A DNA stretch of 64,000 nt from Sphaerodactylus townsendi (Eukaryota). Made by a program: the position numbers and the translations under genes. Numbering within the stretch: position 1 is the first letter of the stretch; each line of letters opens with the position of its first letter. The stretch is from positions 156,116,001 to 156,180,000 of the forward strand of contig NC_059427.1 of assembly GCF_021028975.2 (NCBI RefSeq), written 5' to 3'. Below the pieces are notes generated by a model. That model saw only the letters and a list, made by a program, of their open reading frames with translations, was not told the origin of the DNA and ran no database searches. This document shows positions 50,873 through 63,914 of this stretch, piece by piece.

Positions 50873-51618
50873 TGTGGTGTAAGCAATGCATTCAGAAAGG
50901 GTTTTGCCATGTTGGGGCATTGCCGTTCCTGTTTTATTCCTTCTTGGTTTGGAGTTGGCATCCAGATAATCTTTCATGTGATTTCTGTGCTGGAATATAC
51001 TGTATTTTATCTCAAAGACTTGAGCAAAGGCATGCAGCGGGATCGGTGCCAGAAGAACCTGGCTCGCCTTCCTCCTTCCTGCCTCTTAATTGCGATGCGG
51101 TTGGAAACTGTTCCAGGAGGACCTGGGTTGGATTGCTACAGCGAACACAGGGAAGGTCTAGGTGCCTGCCTAGAGTTGGGTCAGGGTGGGTGTTCAGCGA
51201 AGAGCCAGTTCTTTTTACCAGAAGCTGGTGCGTGGATGGCAGGTATCAATGAACAGAGGCCTACAGGGACTTTTGCCAGGAGAGTTTTTAAAGATTTGCC
51301 TTGGAATGCGCCGGCCTTCAGATGAAACTTGTGCTGGTTGGATAAATGCTGTTTGTCCTGTCTCTGTGCAACTAACACCTTCCCTTCCAGCCCGGCTTAC
51401 ACAGCTCCTCCACTGCCTCTGCAAGCAGACAACCTGGCAACTCACAACCTGGAAGTAGAGTTGAAGAACACAGTGGCCTGCCTTGGCAGAAAATTGCAAA
51501 AACTCTGGTGGGAGAGTTACAAAAATGTGGGGCTCCTGGGTGTGCATTCAGGCAACTGGATTGGGCTGTGATAATCATGTATTTAAACTTCATTTTTTTA
51601 AAAAAAAATCTCTTGGCC

Positions 51619-51650
<32 letters not shown>

Positions 51651-52979
51651 TCTTTGACCCCCAAGATACAATGTAAGATATGGCTCAAGGGACCAACCAT
51701 TTTATGCCTCGTTGGAACGGTTGTTGCCTTTCAGACTCTGCCTTCTTCTTCTTCTTCCTTCTCCCCCGGCCTTCTCGTGGTGGAAACCTGAAAGCGTTTG
51801 GCAAAACACCACAACACAGCGAAATGAATTGGTCCGGAGGTTTAATTGCACTTCGGAATTTATTGTCTCACTTAAAGAGTCTGGAATCCAAAGTCATAAC
51901 ATCTGACAAAATTCTTAGCAACAAGCAGGCGAGGGGAGGGGGGAGACACGAGAGAGAGAGAAGGGGAGGGTACTAAACAGGTACCAACTTCTTCGGAGTA
52001 AATTTAAACTGAAGATGCACTCTAAGCCTGGTTTCCCTCTCTCCTCCCACCCTTTACCCTTGGGTTACATTTAAAGATCACGTCCATAGAAAAATAAACA
52101 TTAAATCCTTAATAGGGGCCCAGCTCGAGGGAGGCAGAGCCCCAAGTCATAGTTTTCAAAACTTGAGAAAATAAATACTGAACCTGAATATTTGAAGACT
52201 ACTATTAGTATTATTATTATTTTCCTCTTGGGTGAAGTTTACTTTTCGCGATATAATAATGCCTTACGTGGGGCTCAGGACAAGGGGGATTAGGCAGCGG
52301 AGTGTTTACTGGCGAAAATAATAAAATATTCCCAGAAGGAGGGGAGGGGAAAAAACCCGTGACAGGTAGAAGAGGGCTAGCAAAGCCACTTAAGCACAGA
52401 TGCGATCTTAAACTCCCCGATCTTAAACTCCTCTACTTGGAAGTAAGCCCCCTCTGATTCTAGCGCCACCTCCTCCCGAGCCTGGATGCGGAGGATCGTA
52501 GCCTTCGAGCCGGCAAACAGGAGCGAGAAAAGAGGGGGTCTCCACAAGGGGAAACTTCAAGGGTTTTGGGGTTTTTTTTATGCTTCGTTTGCTTTCACTT
52601 ATGAAAAGCTGTCAACGCTGCGACGCCTCCAAGCTCGCAGCCGCGGGGCCTGCAGGGGACAGGAAAAAACCGTGCCGGGCGTTCCCAAGAAGAGGGGGGG
52701 AAAGTGGATTTTTTAATCCGAACTTGACGGTGTTTATTGAACCGAGTGGGGACTCGGAGGGAAGGCCTGCGAGCGCGGCCCTGCGCGTCAAGGGTGCCGC
52801 GTTTGTCTGCTAATCCGGGCTGGCGTTTGTTGTTGATCCAAAGGCCCCTCTTGCGCCTTCCCGTTCGCCAGCGACGCACAGGAGCTGTTTATAAAAAGCT
52901 CGGGGGTGCCCTCCTGCCTTCCTTCTCCGCAGCTCCCCGGTGCGAATCCAGCAGCTGCTCTGGAGGCCCCCGCCCCCGC

Positions 52980-53007
52980 GTGTGTGTGCGTGTGTGTGCG
53001 CCTGCAT

Positions 53008-53045
<38 letters not shown>
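52980..53045 (+). repeat. (TG)n microsatellites
   Basis: Two TG runs separated by CGCCTGCATGA. Confidence 0.9.
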
Positions 53046-53046
<1 letters not shown>

Positions 53047-55289
53047 TGTAGGGGGGAGGGTAGGCCTTAGGTCCCTTTGGCCTGGAGTAATTCTGTGCGC
53101 GGTGAGACCGAAAGGTGACTGGGGGCAGCCAGGGGCACTGTAGGAGGGGGCGAAATTGGTGGGAATATCGAGGTGGGGGGATTTTCCCCCACACTTTAAA
53201 AAGGGCGATGTGAAGTTTCAATCCCTCCCCCACCCCCACCCTTCTCCGCCTGAAATTAGAGGAGATTTTTCAGAACATAACATTCAAGGATAAGACGGAA
53301 CTATATAGGAGGCCAACAGGATTTTCTTGGGGGGGGGGGGGTGTTGGAGAAAGACAGGGGAGAAGTGTACGAGTGTGTGAAGAATTGGAAGGGAGGGGAG
53401 GGCTTCATTTTTATTTCCGATACAAGCTTCTGTACAAACATGGCGCTGGTCGCCAAAAGATAACGATTTTGAGTGTCAGGTCTAAACTGAGGATCAATAA
53501 AGTAACCAGTTGAGGTCACAGATTAGGCTGTTGTTATTTTTTTTCCCCCACTCACGTCACAGATGACGAACCGGTTTCTCTTTTATAATACACAATACAT
53601 ATACAAATATGGCTTTTTTTAAAAAAAATCCGCTTTCCCACCCCACCCCCCTCCCCAGCAACCCACCTTTTAAATATTTACCTTTTGCAGGCACTGCAAT
53701 ATTTTTTAAAAACAACAACAGCCATAAGAAATGGTTGGTAGGTCCCATCATTTCGGAATTGACGGTCTTGTGCCAGAGGGACCAGGATTTTGATGGAAAG
53801 AAGGTGTTACTGAGGCTCTGGTCAGAATGCGGAGAAATGTAGCCGTCTGCAGGTAACCACCAAAGCCCTGGTGCCCATGAATCCCCCAGTCCTGCTGGAA
53901 ATCTATCTCCCAACAAGGGATGCCTTAGAATATGATGCAATTCTTCTCCACAAAGGTCAACCCAAGTTTCCGCTGCGCCCCGAGCCCACGGAGAAATCAA
54001 AGTGTGCCTGGGCCATCTTCCCACAGGTCTCCCTCCACGCTCCTGGGGTTCTCGATGCAGCCTTCGGTGTTAAGGGCATGTGCTCCTCGTGTTTGTGGAC
54101 CAACGGCTCCCTTCTCTCCAGTTGCAACTTTGCCAGGGCGCAGGGCCCCTTGAACGAGGCAGCGTTCCCACGGCTGGCCCTATAGGGTTATTGGCAAGGA
54201 ACAACCTGCAGCGGTGGGGGGAATGGATGGGGTTGGCGGAGGGGGTTGGGCGGGATTCACTGTAAATAAAAGACATTTTTCCGCTTCAAGGTATTACTTG
54301 GAGAAACACTAAAAACAGCCCCCCTCTCAGGATTTAATATTTGAATGACCTTGCTCGTTTTCATTAAGGTGACTCTTCGGATGTTCCAGTCACGACTTTG
54401 AAAAGCCATCCTAATCCGTGTGTACATTTTATAGGTTAGATTTCTCGCCTTTACAGAAACAATTCTGTTTTGTCTTATCCTTATTTCTTCCCATCTCTTG
54501 GTTTCCTGCCCGTGTGTGTGTTTCAAAGAGAGTGAAATATTTCTGCATGTCCAAGCAAATATCCTTCAAATATCATTCCGCTGCAAATATTTTTTGGGGG
54601 TGGGGGAGAATTTCTTATCTCTTCGGTGTCACACGTATTTATTCCTGCCTGAATAAAAAGAAAAAGCTGAGTATTCGCTTTCTCGCTAACATTTTTTTTA
54701 AAATTGAAGTCACTGGAGACTTTTGATTGACAGATAAACTGAACTCAAGAAAGGCCAGCGGAGACATTACACTCCTATAAGGGGTATTTCTCTTAAGGCA
54801 CTCTCATAAAGTCCTAGGTTGGAAACAGGATGGGAAGAGATGGCGTGTTCAGGTTTCATACCCAGCAAGACTGCTTTCAGATTTGGGTTTCTGTGGTGGA
54901 GGCGCACAGCAGTACCTCCACATCTAGCTCTATTTAAAGGGTGGCCCTTTATGGACTGAAGGGCTGTCTCCCTACACCGGCTCGAAGAGACTGATATAGC
55001 CCCATCCAGGACCGCTGGATGAAGATGCTGCCAGAAATCTTCAACCCCTGAAAGTCAAATCAACTTTGTCAGAGTCTTTTGGGAGGGGAGGGGGGGAGTG
55101 AGAGGAGACAGGGGGAGGAATATGGAGGCTTTCCAGGATCTCCCCTCTCCCTGCTTCCTTCCCAGCCTTCAGATTTCCAAAGCCTGGTGCAAAATACATC
55201 TGCTGGTGTGCGAAAAAGAGACCTGGGTAGGCTGCGTCTGGTATAAAGTCGACAGTGGACGCTGCATCCCTCCGAAGCCCATGCTCTCT

Positions 55290-55320
<31 letters not shown>

Positions 55321-55374
55321 CCCCCCTCCTCCACCCCCCCCCCCCCCCCCTCCCTCCCCCCCCCCCCCCCCCCC
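55290..55374 (+). repeat. ~85-nt poly-C tract with few interruptions
   Basis: Almost pure C run. Confidence 0.9.
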
Positions 55375-56785
55375 AACTCCTTTCCTGGTACAAATTTACC
55401 GCATCTCCAAATCGTCTCTGCTGTATTAGACTGGAAAATGTTGCATCCCCTTTGACAACGCCACAAACCTCTTTGCTCCGTTTTCCTGGTTTTGCTGTTG
55501 CTTATGTTTGCGTGTATGGGGAGAGGGGATATATCTCCTTCTGCAGATGGCTTTCCCAGAGCACCCTCCTTCCAGACGTCTCCAAGTATGAGCTAGAGAC
55601 CCATCCACTTTACTTCACCAAGGAAAGTTAAAAAAACAAGCAAACAGAGAGAAGCCAAGCTCTGCAATCGATTTGGTAAACAAAGTTTCAATGACCTTAT
55701 TCATTCAAAAAAGGACACTGATCATAACATCAGGAAAAGGTTGTGGTGTGTGTGTGTGTAGGGGGGGGGGGAGATCTTCCAAAATCATTCACTTTTGCTC
55801 GTTATCCACCTAAGCGAAAGGTCCCTCGGTCCCAGCTATGCCTTATAACTGAAAGTTACTTGCACAGTTTTATTTTAATGAACGACACATTTATGAACAA
55901 TCAAATGATCCTCGTAAAATTTTTATTGAAGGACATAAAAGCATCCGCCACTACTTGCCGAACAATGTAGCCTCTCCCAGAATAGAAAGATGAGAGACAC
56001 GAGAGTGTTGTTGTTATTGTTATTGTTATTTCCCACTCGCGTTTCCCCCAGCACATTCCTATCTCGCCATTAATACACATCATTAATAGATTCTACATTA
56101 ATACCCAGACACCCACTTAAAATATACACACATACATACACACATAAGCCAGAAGAGCACATGACACCAGGACTTCTTGCTCTTAAGTAGGCTGACGAAT
56201 GTGCATTGCAGAACTGATGACCCAAAAAAAATCCATTTTTTTCAGGCACAGAAAAAAAGACAGGAAAAAATATATATAAGATCATAGCCAGTCGTGGGTT
56301 GGTGCTAAAGAGGGGGTGAGTTAGCAGCAGAATTCTGGTAGGACCTTGAGGCGACCCCCCGCCCTCCTCTTTTAAAGATATTCCATGTAATGTATCCATT
56401 ATAGAATACACGCTGTAGAAGCAGAGCGAGCTAGCAGACAGAGACAAATTGCGTCAAGAAATAGTTCCTGTGATACCTTGCTACACCAGCTACCTTGCAC
56501 GCTCATTAACTGCAGGGCTATGGCAAAACCAGGTCGCAGAGCCCGCCAGCCAAGGAGCCAGCGAGTCGCCTTTCCGCGGAATGGCACGTAAGATCCAACT
56601 GCTGCTAATAACTGCATTATTTCAAGATCTTCTTTTTCTCTCTCTTTTTTTTTCTAATGAAAACCCAAGTCGCCTAGGGGCTATTTAAGGGCCCCCCCCC
56701 CGAAAAAAATAGAAGGAGAGAGGAGGAAAGGAGGGGAAAAAAGACCTGCGGATTGATCTACACTGTATTTTTGGGTAAATACAAT

Positions 56786-56807
56786 CACGTGAGCGCTGGG
56801 AGCCAAT
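56786..56807 (+). promoter_or_regulatory. HOXC9 proximal promoter: E-box plus CCAAT box
   Basis: CACGTG at 56786-56791 and CCAAT at 56803-56807; the 11-nt spacer is the same as at HOXC12. Confidence 0.6.
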
Positions 56808-56922
56808 GGCAAACTGGGAAAGGCTGAAAAAATAATTACCTGCCCTGATTGTTCTATGAGAAGATAAAAAGTACACATACAGTTCATACAATAATCTTAT
56901 GAATGTAAAAGAGTGGGGAACA

Positions 56923-57457
56923 ATGTCGGCTTCGGGTCCCATTAGCAACTATTATGTAGATTCCTTGATTAGTCATGAAAGCGAAGAACTGTTGGCTTCA
57001 AGGTTCCCAGCTACTGGCTCGCACCCCGCTGCAGCCAGACCTTCAGGATTAGTACCGGAGTGTGCAGATTTTCCATCCTGCAGCTTTGCCCCCAAACCGG
57101 CCGTGTTTACTACTTCGTGGGCTCCCGTGCATTCCCAGTCGTCCGTGGTCTACCACCCGTACACCCACCAGCCTCACATTGGAGCTGACACCAGATATAT
57201 GCGCACTTGGCTGGAGCCTATCTCCGGCGCTGTCTCCTTCCCGGGTTTTCCAGCCAGCAGCCGGCACTACGGGCTTAAGCCCGACGCCTTCCACGGCCGC
57301 AGGGACTGCGGACCGGTGGACGCACGTAGTTATCCGGATTATATGTACGGGTCCCCGGGAGATCTCAGGGACAGAACCCCGCAGACTATACCCTCCCCGG
57401 AATCTGAGGCCATCGCTTCCAACAAACACAAAGAAGAAAAGACCGAATTGGACCCTA
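56923..57457 (+). CDS. HOXC9: Homeobox protein Hox-C9, coding exon 1
   Basis: MSASGPISNYYVDSLISHESEELLASRF...KHKEEKTELDP. Good Kozak context (acaATGt). Donor CTA|GTAAGT after 57457; 535 nt gives phase 1. Confidence 0.96.
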
Positions 57458-59249
57458 GTAAGTCGAAGTCATTCTTGTTTACAGCCGGGATGGCATTACA
57501 GCCGCCCCGCGAAGTACTCAATAAAAAGGAATTACCTTTGCTGTTTAGAATTCTTCTTGGCGTCCCTGCCTCGAAACTCCAAATGTACAGGCTTTTTTCT
57601 TTTTTTAAAAAAAAGAAAACTAACTTAAGAATATCATACGAACTGCTGGTAGTTTTATCTGGTTGGGGTGGAGAGGAGGGGAGGGAGGAGAAGGGAGACA
57701 GTCTCTTTTTTATGATGTGTATTTTGCTATCTGGAAGAGGGAGAATCCTTGGCTTTGATAAAATATTCATAACCTCCCCAGCCCTCTCTTGGGTTCTTCT
57801 GAGTTTTCGAGGAACAAGCCGGGCTGGGGAGGGAATGCAATGGCGTGGGCATGTGAAAAAGAAAATGATTTTCTTTCCTATGTTTTCAAGTGTGTGTGTG
57901 TGTTTGGGGTGGGGGGTAATCTAGCAGAAACCCCACAGTCTCGTCATGATTCATAAAATTTGTGCATCTTGCCAAAGGGGAATGTCCCGTGGAGGTGTGG
58001 AGGGAGAGAGAAGGGAAAGAAAACTAATGTTGATTATCCAAAGCTAAATAACTGGGCTGGGGAAATTACACATAGACCCTGGAGTTTGATAGATCGTGTG
58101 TGTGGGGTTCTCTAGGAAGAGTACTGGACCATGGCATTTTCCCAAAGTATTCTGCAGTTCAACTTGCCAAAGAAAGGAGCAAAAGAATAAACACCCTTGA
58201 ACATAGTTTTCTTGTTGTTGTTAAAAAGCAGCTAGGGCATAGAAAGGACTTGTGCCTTTCATGGTTGTAAAAAGTCACTGTTCTTCTGTACAGTGAAATG
58301 AAATTACTTGTGTGTTTTTTTTAAGTGGGCCGAGTGGGTGATTGTTTCTGAGCAATAGACCTGAGCCCTGACTTTGCAAGCAAAATATGTGGGACTGCAG
58401 CTCCCTACCCTCCAAGAATTAATGCCAGTTCGTGTCTATTTGCACGTGTGCGTCCCTTTCTGTGCACACCCCCCCAGTCCTAAAGTCCCTTTCCCATGCC
58501 AGGTGTTTACGACGCCTTTAGGCCTAACAATCTGATCTAATGCTGATCTGGTCCGCTTAACTTCAGGTTCTTTGTGGATGGACCCAGTTTACACCCTTGT
58601 AGCCGGTAGAGGCTTACAGACACCGGGATTGTAGACTCGGGACACAGACCTAAGGAAGGAGGCACGGTAGCCTTGAATTAGGAACAAATGCTTCCGTTTC
58701 CCTAAACCTCACCAAAGAGTTAATTAGTGGGGAATGTGGTTGTCCAGAGGTTTAGTAAAGGGAAAAGGTGGTTACAGATCGTGTGTCTGCTTGGGGCGTA
58801 TTTTTCTTGGAGCCTGCCTGCTTGTCCTGGGGCATTCCCCAGATATGACCAAAAGAAAAAGGCCGGCAGTTCCAGCCCTAGGAAGGATATAGAGCGAAGA
58901 CTGGAGAGTGATGGTTGTAAACAGAGTTTATGGGCCTGTGAAGTGGTGGGAATTTTGACTTTTTATGACCATGTTCTTGGATGACTCCAGCGAGCTTTCA
59001 CGTGCACCAGTGGCTTGTTATGAAACCCTCCTGGCTCCGGTTTTGTTTTTAAAACTGGGAACTTGCAGGAGACGGTAGTCACCTAGCTGGAACATTAAAT
59101 AATCCCCAGAAAGAGGGTGCAGCTCCAGTCAGCTCAGCTGCAAGGAGAAATGGCCGTTTGCTTTAAGCGTCGAGGTAGACGGCACCTTCCGCCGCCCTTA
59201 AACTACCTTGAAGGTCAGCTCAAAAATGATCAGCTAATAATGTTGCCAA

Positions 59250-59250
59250 A

Positions 59251-59329
<79 letters not shown>
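59250..59329 (+). repeat. (AAAG)20 microsatellite in the HOXC9 intron
   Basis: Pure AAAG run. Confidence 0.95.
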
Positions 59330-59463
59330 CAGGGACGCCTATTCTAACAATGCGAGGGTAGTTATTGTCTATAAATGACTTGTGGGGGGGGGAGTCCACA
59401 GGAGGGGGAGAGGAGCCTCGATACAGATTTATTAAACGCCCCCTCCCCAATCTTCTTTTCCAG

Positions 59464-59711
59464 ACAATCCCGTGGCAAATTGGATCCATGCACGCTCTAC
59501 ACGGAAGAAACGGTGTCCCTACACCAAGTATCAGACGCTGGAATTGGAAAAAGAGTTTTTGTTCAATATGTACCTTACACGGGACCGCCGCTACGAAGTG
59601 GCCCGGGTTCTTAATCTCACGGAGCGCCAGGTCAAAATCTGGTTTCAGAACAGGCGAATGAAAATGAAGAAAATGAACAAGGAGAAAACCGATACTAAGG
59701 AGCAGCAGTGA
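59464..59711 (+). CDS. HOXC9: Homeobox protein Hox-C9, coding exon 2 (hexapeptide and homeodomain)
   Basis: Acceptor cttcttttccAG| at 59462-59463. Encodes [32 protein letters not shown]...[13 protein letters not shown]. Spliced CDS 783 nt, 260 aa. Confidence 0.97.
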
Positions 59712-62449
59712 AATTGGCCGAGTCCCTCCTCGGGAGGAAGGAGAAACCGAGGCGCTGCTGGGTCTGCCTTGGGGGTGCGAAAGGTTGCTGACTTTTTTTC
59801 ATTGTGCAGAGATGAGTGTTTAGAGTTAGTTCAGCACAGCAACCGCTCTGGAACAAGAGACAAAAAAAGCGCTTTTCTAAAAAAACAAAAGAAAAGAAAA
59901 AAGAATAACAAGAATTGCAACTAAAAATAACAAACGTTTCGTTCTTTTCAGAAAACAGCAAAGTACTTGAAATTGTTTTTGTTTTTGTTCTTAGTATTTT
60001 ATTTGGTAACTTAAATTTACCCAGTTTTTTTTTAATTATTATTTCATGACGTCGCGGCTGCGCATTTTGTACAAAAGGAAAGAGGACAAATCGGGGAGGG
60101 GGGAAGAAGACGAAAGGAAGGGGGGTTGATCGCTCCAACAATGTTTCTGTCATAGTGTTGAACGTTTCCGGTGTACTTATTGGTGTCTTTTTTGACTGTC
60201 ACAGAACCGTTCTGTAATGCTGTTATGTTTTGCTGTGGTAGAGCAGCTCTCTGTATATAGCTAACGTCACAAAAATAGAGGGGAAAAAACCGTTTCTTAA
60301 TCGAGGTGTCGTTTTTGTTTGGTTTGGTTGAGACTGCACTGAAAGGAACCAACCCCCCCCCCCCAAAGGGTGGGAAATCCATAGGTAGAAATCAGTAGTG
60401 ATAATCATCTCGGATCACTGGGGGGGGGGGGAATTGGGAGGAATCCCCTTCTTTCAGGAAGCCAGATGGAACAGGAAAAGAATCGAACTTCCGCTCCAAA
60501 CATTTACTCCCTTTCTCAACTCTCTCTCCCCTTCCCTGTACATAGATCTATATCTGTATCTATACAGAAGTAGGCTCGTAAAAGAGAAAGTTCGAATAAG
60601 TGCGATTGTGTGCTGCACACTTAGTCTGGCGTAATTAATTGTGCTAATTTATGACCCCCGGGGCAATCAAACTATATGTACCAGATTAAATATATGTGGT
60701 AGGTACCCTTTGCTTACAGCAACATTCTTACGTGGGTTATCTGTCTTGAGACGGCTCCATTGCAGCATCTCGGGGTTATCAATGAAGTGCCGGGAATCTC
60801 GTTCGTGCCTCGCCTGGGGGAACCACCGTCTCGTTATATTGCAGTGGCAAAGACCCCCCTCCCCCAAATCAATCCATGTGTTTGTGCATATTGGTGGGGG
60901 GGGGAGGGGAGATGGAAAAGAACAACATAAAACAAGGGAAGTTTTTTTCTTTAAAGACTGGGGGAGAAGTGGAGGCCAGGGCTGGAAGACCCGGCCGCCC
61001 ACCCCTCTTGAAAGAAAACCACTTTGCGCACAAAACAGTTTCTCTGACTTGCTCTGGCAAGCAGGAGGCAAGTCTGACGCTGTTTCCAACCAAAAAAAAA
61101 ATCAGATGTTTGCACTGCTTAAGAACGAGCTAAGTGACATGGCGTGAGCGAAGAGGGGGGAGGCTAAGGGCTCTCTCTCTCTCTCTTGTCTGTCTGTTTC
61201 TCTCTCTCTCTCTTTCCTTCCTTCCTTTAAAAAAAAACAATGCATTTTCGCTTTTTCTGCAAGGGGATGCGTCCGCGCTGCTTTCCAAGGGCTTTTGCTC
61301 AATGAAAGTCAAGGCATAAAAAATGAGCAGCTACGAGATGTTTCATAATAAAGGCTCGTTCGACGGGGCTCCTTTCTTTCATGAAACGAGCCCAGCAGCG
61401 TTTTAATCTTTCCTAATGATAAACAGATCGACGTAATCATGGCTTGAGGTTTGTCCACCGGATCCAACTTTCACCAGGAATAAATAAAAAAAATGTTTTT
61501 GAAAAGGGGGGGGCGGGAATCTGGAAGCCATTATCCCCGCCGATGTCGTGCGAAACTGCTCCTCAACTTGATGCCTGGCCCCCGCGTTCGGCCTTTTGAT
61601 TCCATTCGGATTGGGTTGTGATTTTATTTATTTCATTTACCGCAAAGGGGGTTCCTCCCCCCGGGGGGGGGAAATGGGTGGAGGCGATTTGCTACTGTCT
61701 ACAAAATCGGACGAGGTCCTTTGAAAGTCTTCATTGAGAGTCCAGGAAAAGAATGGGCACTGGGAGGGGACAGGAAGGGGATATTGGGGAGGCAGGCATC
61801 ACAGTTAATTATTTTTTTAAAAAAGAACAGCGGTAATTTATTTATCCTGGCTCTTCTTTCCCCCTCCGCCCTGCTTCTTCACAGAACCGAATTTTCAAAC
61901 GAACGATCATGATTTTGAAACCTTTCCGGTTTTGAGCCTAGTTGCGCGCTTGTGTCCCTGAAAGAGGCTAGGAAGGCGAAGAGAAAGAAGGGACGCTTTT
62001 TAAATTCTTTCTTTCTGCCTCTTTTTCTTTCCTGTCTCTATGCAACCCTCATCCCCACCTATACAGTCCACCACGATGCTGGTTTTCCTAACTTTGATTC
62101 TTCGCCCTGTTTGTAGGGAACCCCCCCCCCCCATTCCCGCAAACCTCATTTTCAAGATGAGTAAAGATCCTATCTCTTTCACCTTCCTCCTCCCCTCCCT
62201 CCCCTCCCTCCCCCACACCCTCCCCTCCCGTCTTCACCAGGCCTGATCTCTCATTGGAGCTAATGGGGACGAAAAGAATGTAAGTTATGTTCCCTTTGTC
62301 TCCATAAGACTGTTGTTCTCTTTCCCCCCTCCCCTTCTGCCCTTCCCCTCCTCTCTTTCTGACTTGCTTTGTTTTAAACAGGAATACGGTTTCAGTTCAT
62401 GTGCAAGGCTTTTCACGTGCATCCAGGCTCTCCAAGGACTACACGTGTA

Positions 62450-62614
62450 GCCCATCCTTCAGGAATGTCTCCTCGGAAGTAAACCCATTGCAATCTAAAG
62501 AGGACTGATTCTCAAGCAAGGGTGCATGAGATTGCCAGCCTTTATTGCCCAGGTTACTCCCACTCGCTCCGATGGGTTTTATTCTGAGGCAAGTATGTAT
62601 TGGGATAGTATAGC
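62450..62614. mobile_element. Two adjacent heavily decayed palindromic MITE-like remnants
   Basis: CTCGGAAGTAAACCCATTG...GTGCATGAGATTGCCAGCC and CTCCCACT...ATGGGTTTTATTCTGAGGCAAGTATGTAT resemble a short lizard palindromic repeat (recalled). A related half copy, TACTTGGAAGTAAGCCCC, occurs near 52434-52451. Confidence 0.3.
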
Positions 62615-62833
62615 TTTAAGGCAAGACCCGGATCACTGGATCTCCCGCCCCCGCCCCAGAAAACCATTCCAGCAGGCTTGGCTGGTGTATATTTCTAAAC
62701 AAAGACAAAATCCTACTCCTATACCCCACATTCCTTCCCCAAACTGCAAATGCTTTGTGAATGACCAGGCATATCTGTGTGTTCTTGAGCGCCTATACAT
62801 TGTGTGCGTCTTACGTGTAAATTTCTGTGCATT

Positions 62834-63043
62834 NNNNNNNNNNNNNNNNNNNNNNNNNNNNNNNNNNNNNNNNNNNNNNNNNNNNNNNNNNNNNNNNNNN
62901 NNNNNNNNNNNNNNNNNNNNNNNNNNNNNNNNNNNNNNNNNNNNNNNNNNNNNNNNNNNNNNNNNNNNNNNNNNNNNNNNNNNNNNNNNNNNNNNNNNNN
63001 NNNNNNNNNNNNNNNNNNNNNNNNNNNNNNNNNNNNNNNNNNN
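62834..63043. other. Assembly gap (N run)
   Basis: Run of n. Confidence 1.
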
Positions 63044-63149
63044 AAAAAGAGCTCTTATTCACAGCTTTAAAAACGACCCTTTTGTAGACGACCCACAACA
63101 AAAAAGGCAGGATACAGCGGCTTTGAAAGCAACCCGTAGGTACATTTCC

Positions 63150-63325
63150 GCAGCCCAAAAATGCCAGCTTTATAGCTCTTGTTTGTCTCACTGCTGTGTG
63201 CGTTGAATAGAATGGAACAAAACAGGACCACAGAACCGGCTAGACGTCTGGCCTTAATTGTTTTATGGTTTAAATAAGGTGGGTGCTCCTCTCTTTGAAA
63301 CCGGCTTATTGGAATGTTTTGTCTA
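63150..63325 (+). promoter_or_regulatory. Hoxc8 early enhancer ortholog
   Basis: Ordered sites TTTATAG (63169-63175), TGTTTGT (63180-63186), TTAATTG (63254-63260), TTTTATGG (63261-63268) and CTTTGAA (63293-63299). The core GGCTAGACGTCTGG-CTTAATTGTTTTATGGTTTAAATAAGGTGG matches the known enhancer between Hoxc9 and Hoxc8. Confidence 0.88.
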
Positions 63326-63914
63326 CCAGCAACAAACAACAGACACACCACCCCCTTCCATCCCCCCCTTCCCTTTGGCAGAGGAGAGAGAGGGGGAAAT
63401 CTTTTAAAACATTGCTCGGCGGGTGGGGGGGGGGAGAGGCAGCGGTTGGTAGGAGAGATAAGAGGAACGGCTACATTTCTGTGGTGCATCAACGTAAGTG
63501 TGTGTGCGCTCGCTTGTGTGTATGTACATTGTGGGCATTGTTATGACAGTAGGTGGTGGTTTAAGGTATGTAAGGGGAGGAAGTAACAAAATGAACAACT
63601 GAGCTGTGGTGACATTTTTTTAATGTTAAATTGATTTTTTTAAAAAAAACGGCTGATAAAAAGCTCGCTTGATTGATGAATGGTGATGGGTGGGACATCC
63701 CGTTCAAAATGGCCCTTCTTGAGCGAAATCCGATTTTGGTTCCGTTTGGTTCCCTTCGGGCCGAATCGGATGCACGTATTGGAAAGCTTGTAAGGAGGGA
63801 GGAGTGAAAAGAAAGAAAAAGGAGGGGTGAGATGGGGGGGGGGGGTTTGCGAGGAGCTCTTTCTCCACGTTTTGACCGAAAGGTTTTGTTGAGAGGCTTC
63901 TGCCTTGGGAAAAG

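Noticed and set aside
50436-51325. Long ORFs spanning N runs (also at 15.6-16.5, 19.0-19.6, 35.6-36.0, 47.6-48.2 and 62.5-63.2 kb)
   Set aside because: Artefacts of translating assembly gaps.
55041-55631. Poly-Pro/poly-Gly ORFs
   Set aside because: Produced by the poly-C tract.
59712-60600. miR-196 target sites in the HOXC9 3' UTR
   Set aside because: No CTACCT seed match seen on the sense strand; AGGTAG near 60383 is in the wrong orientation.
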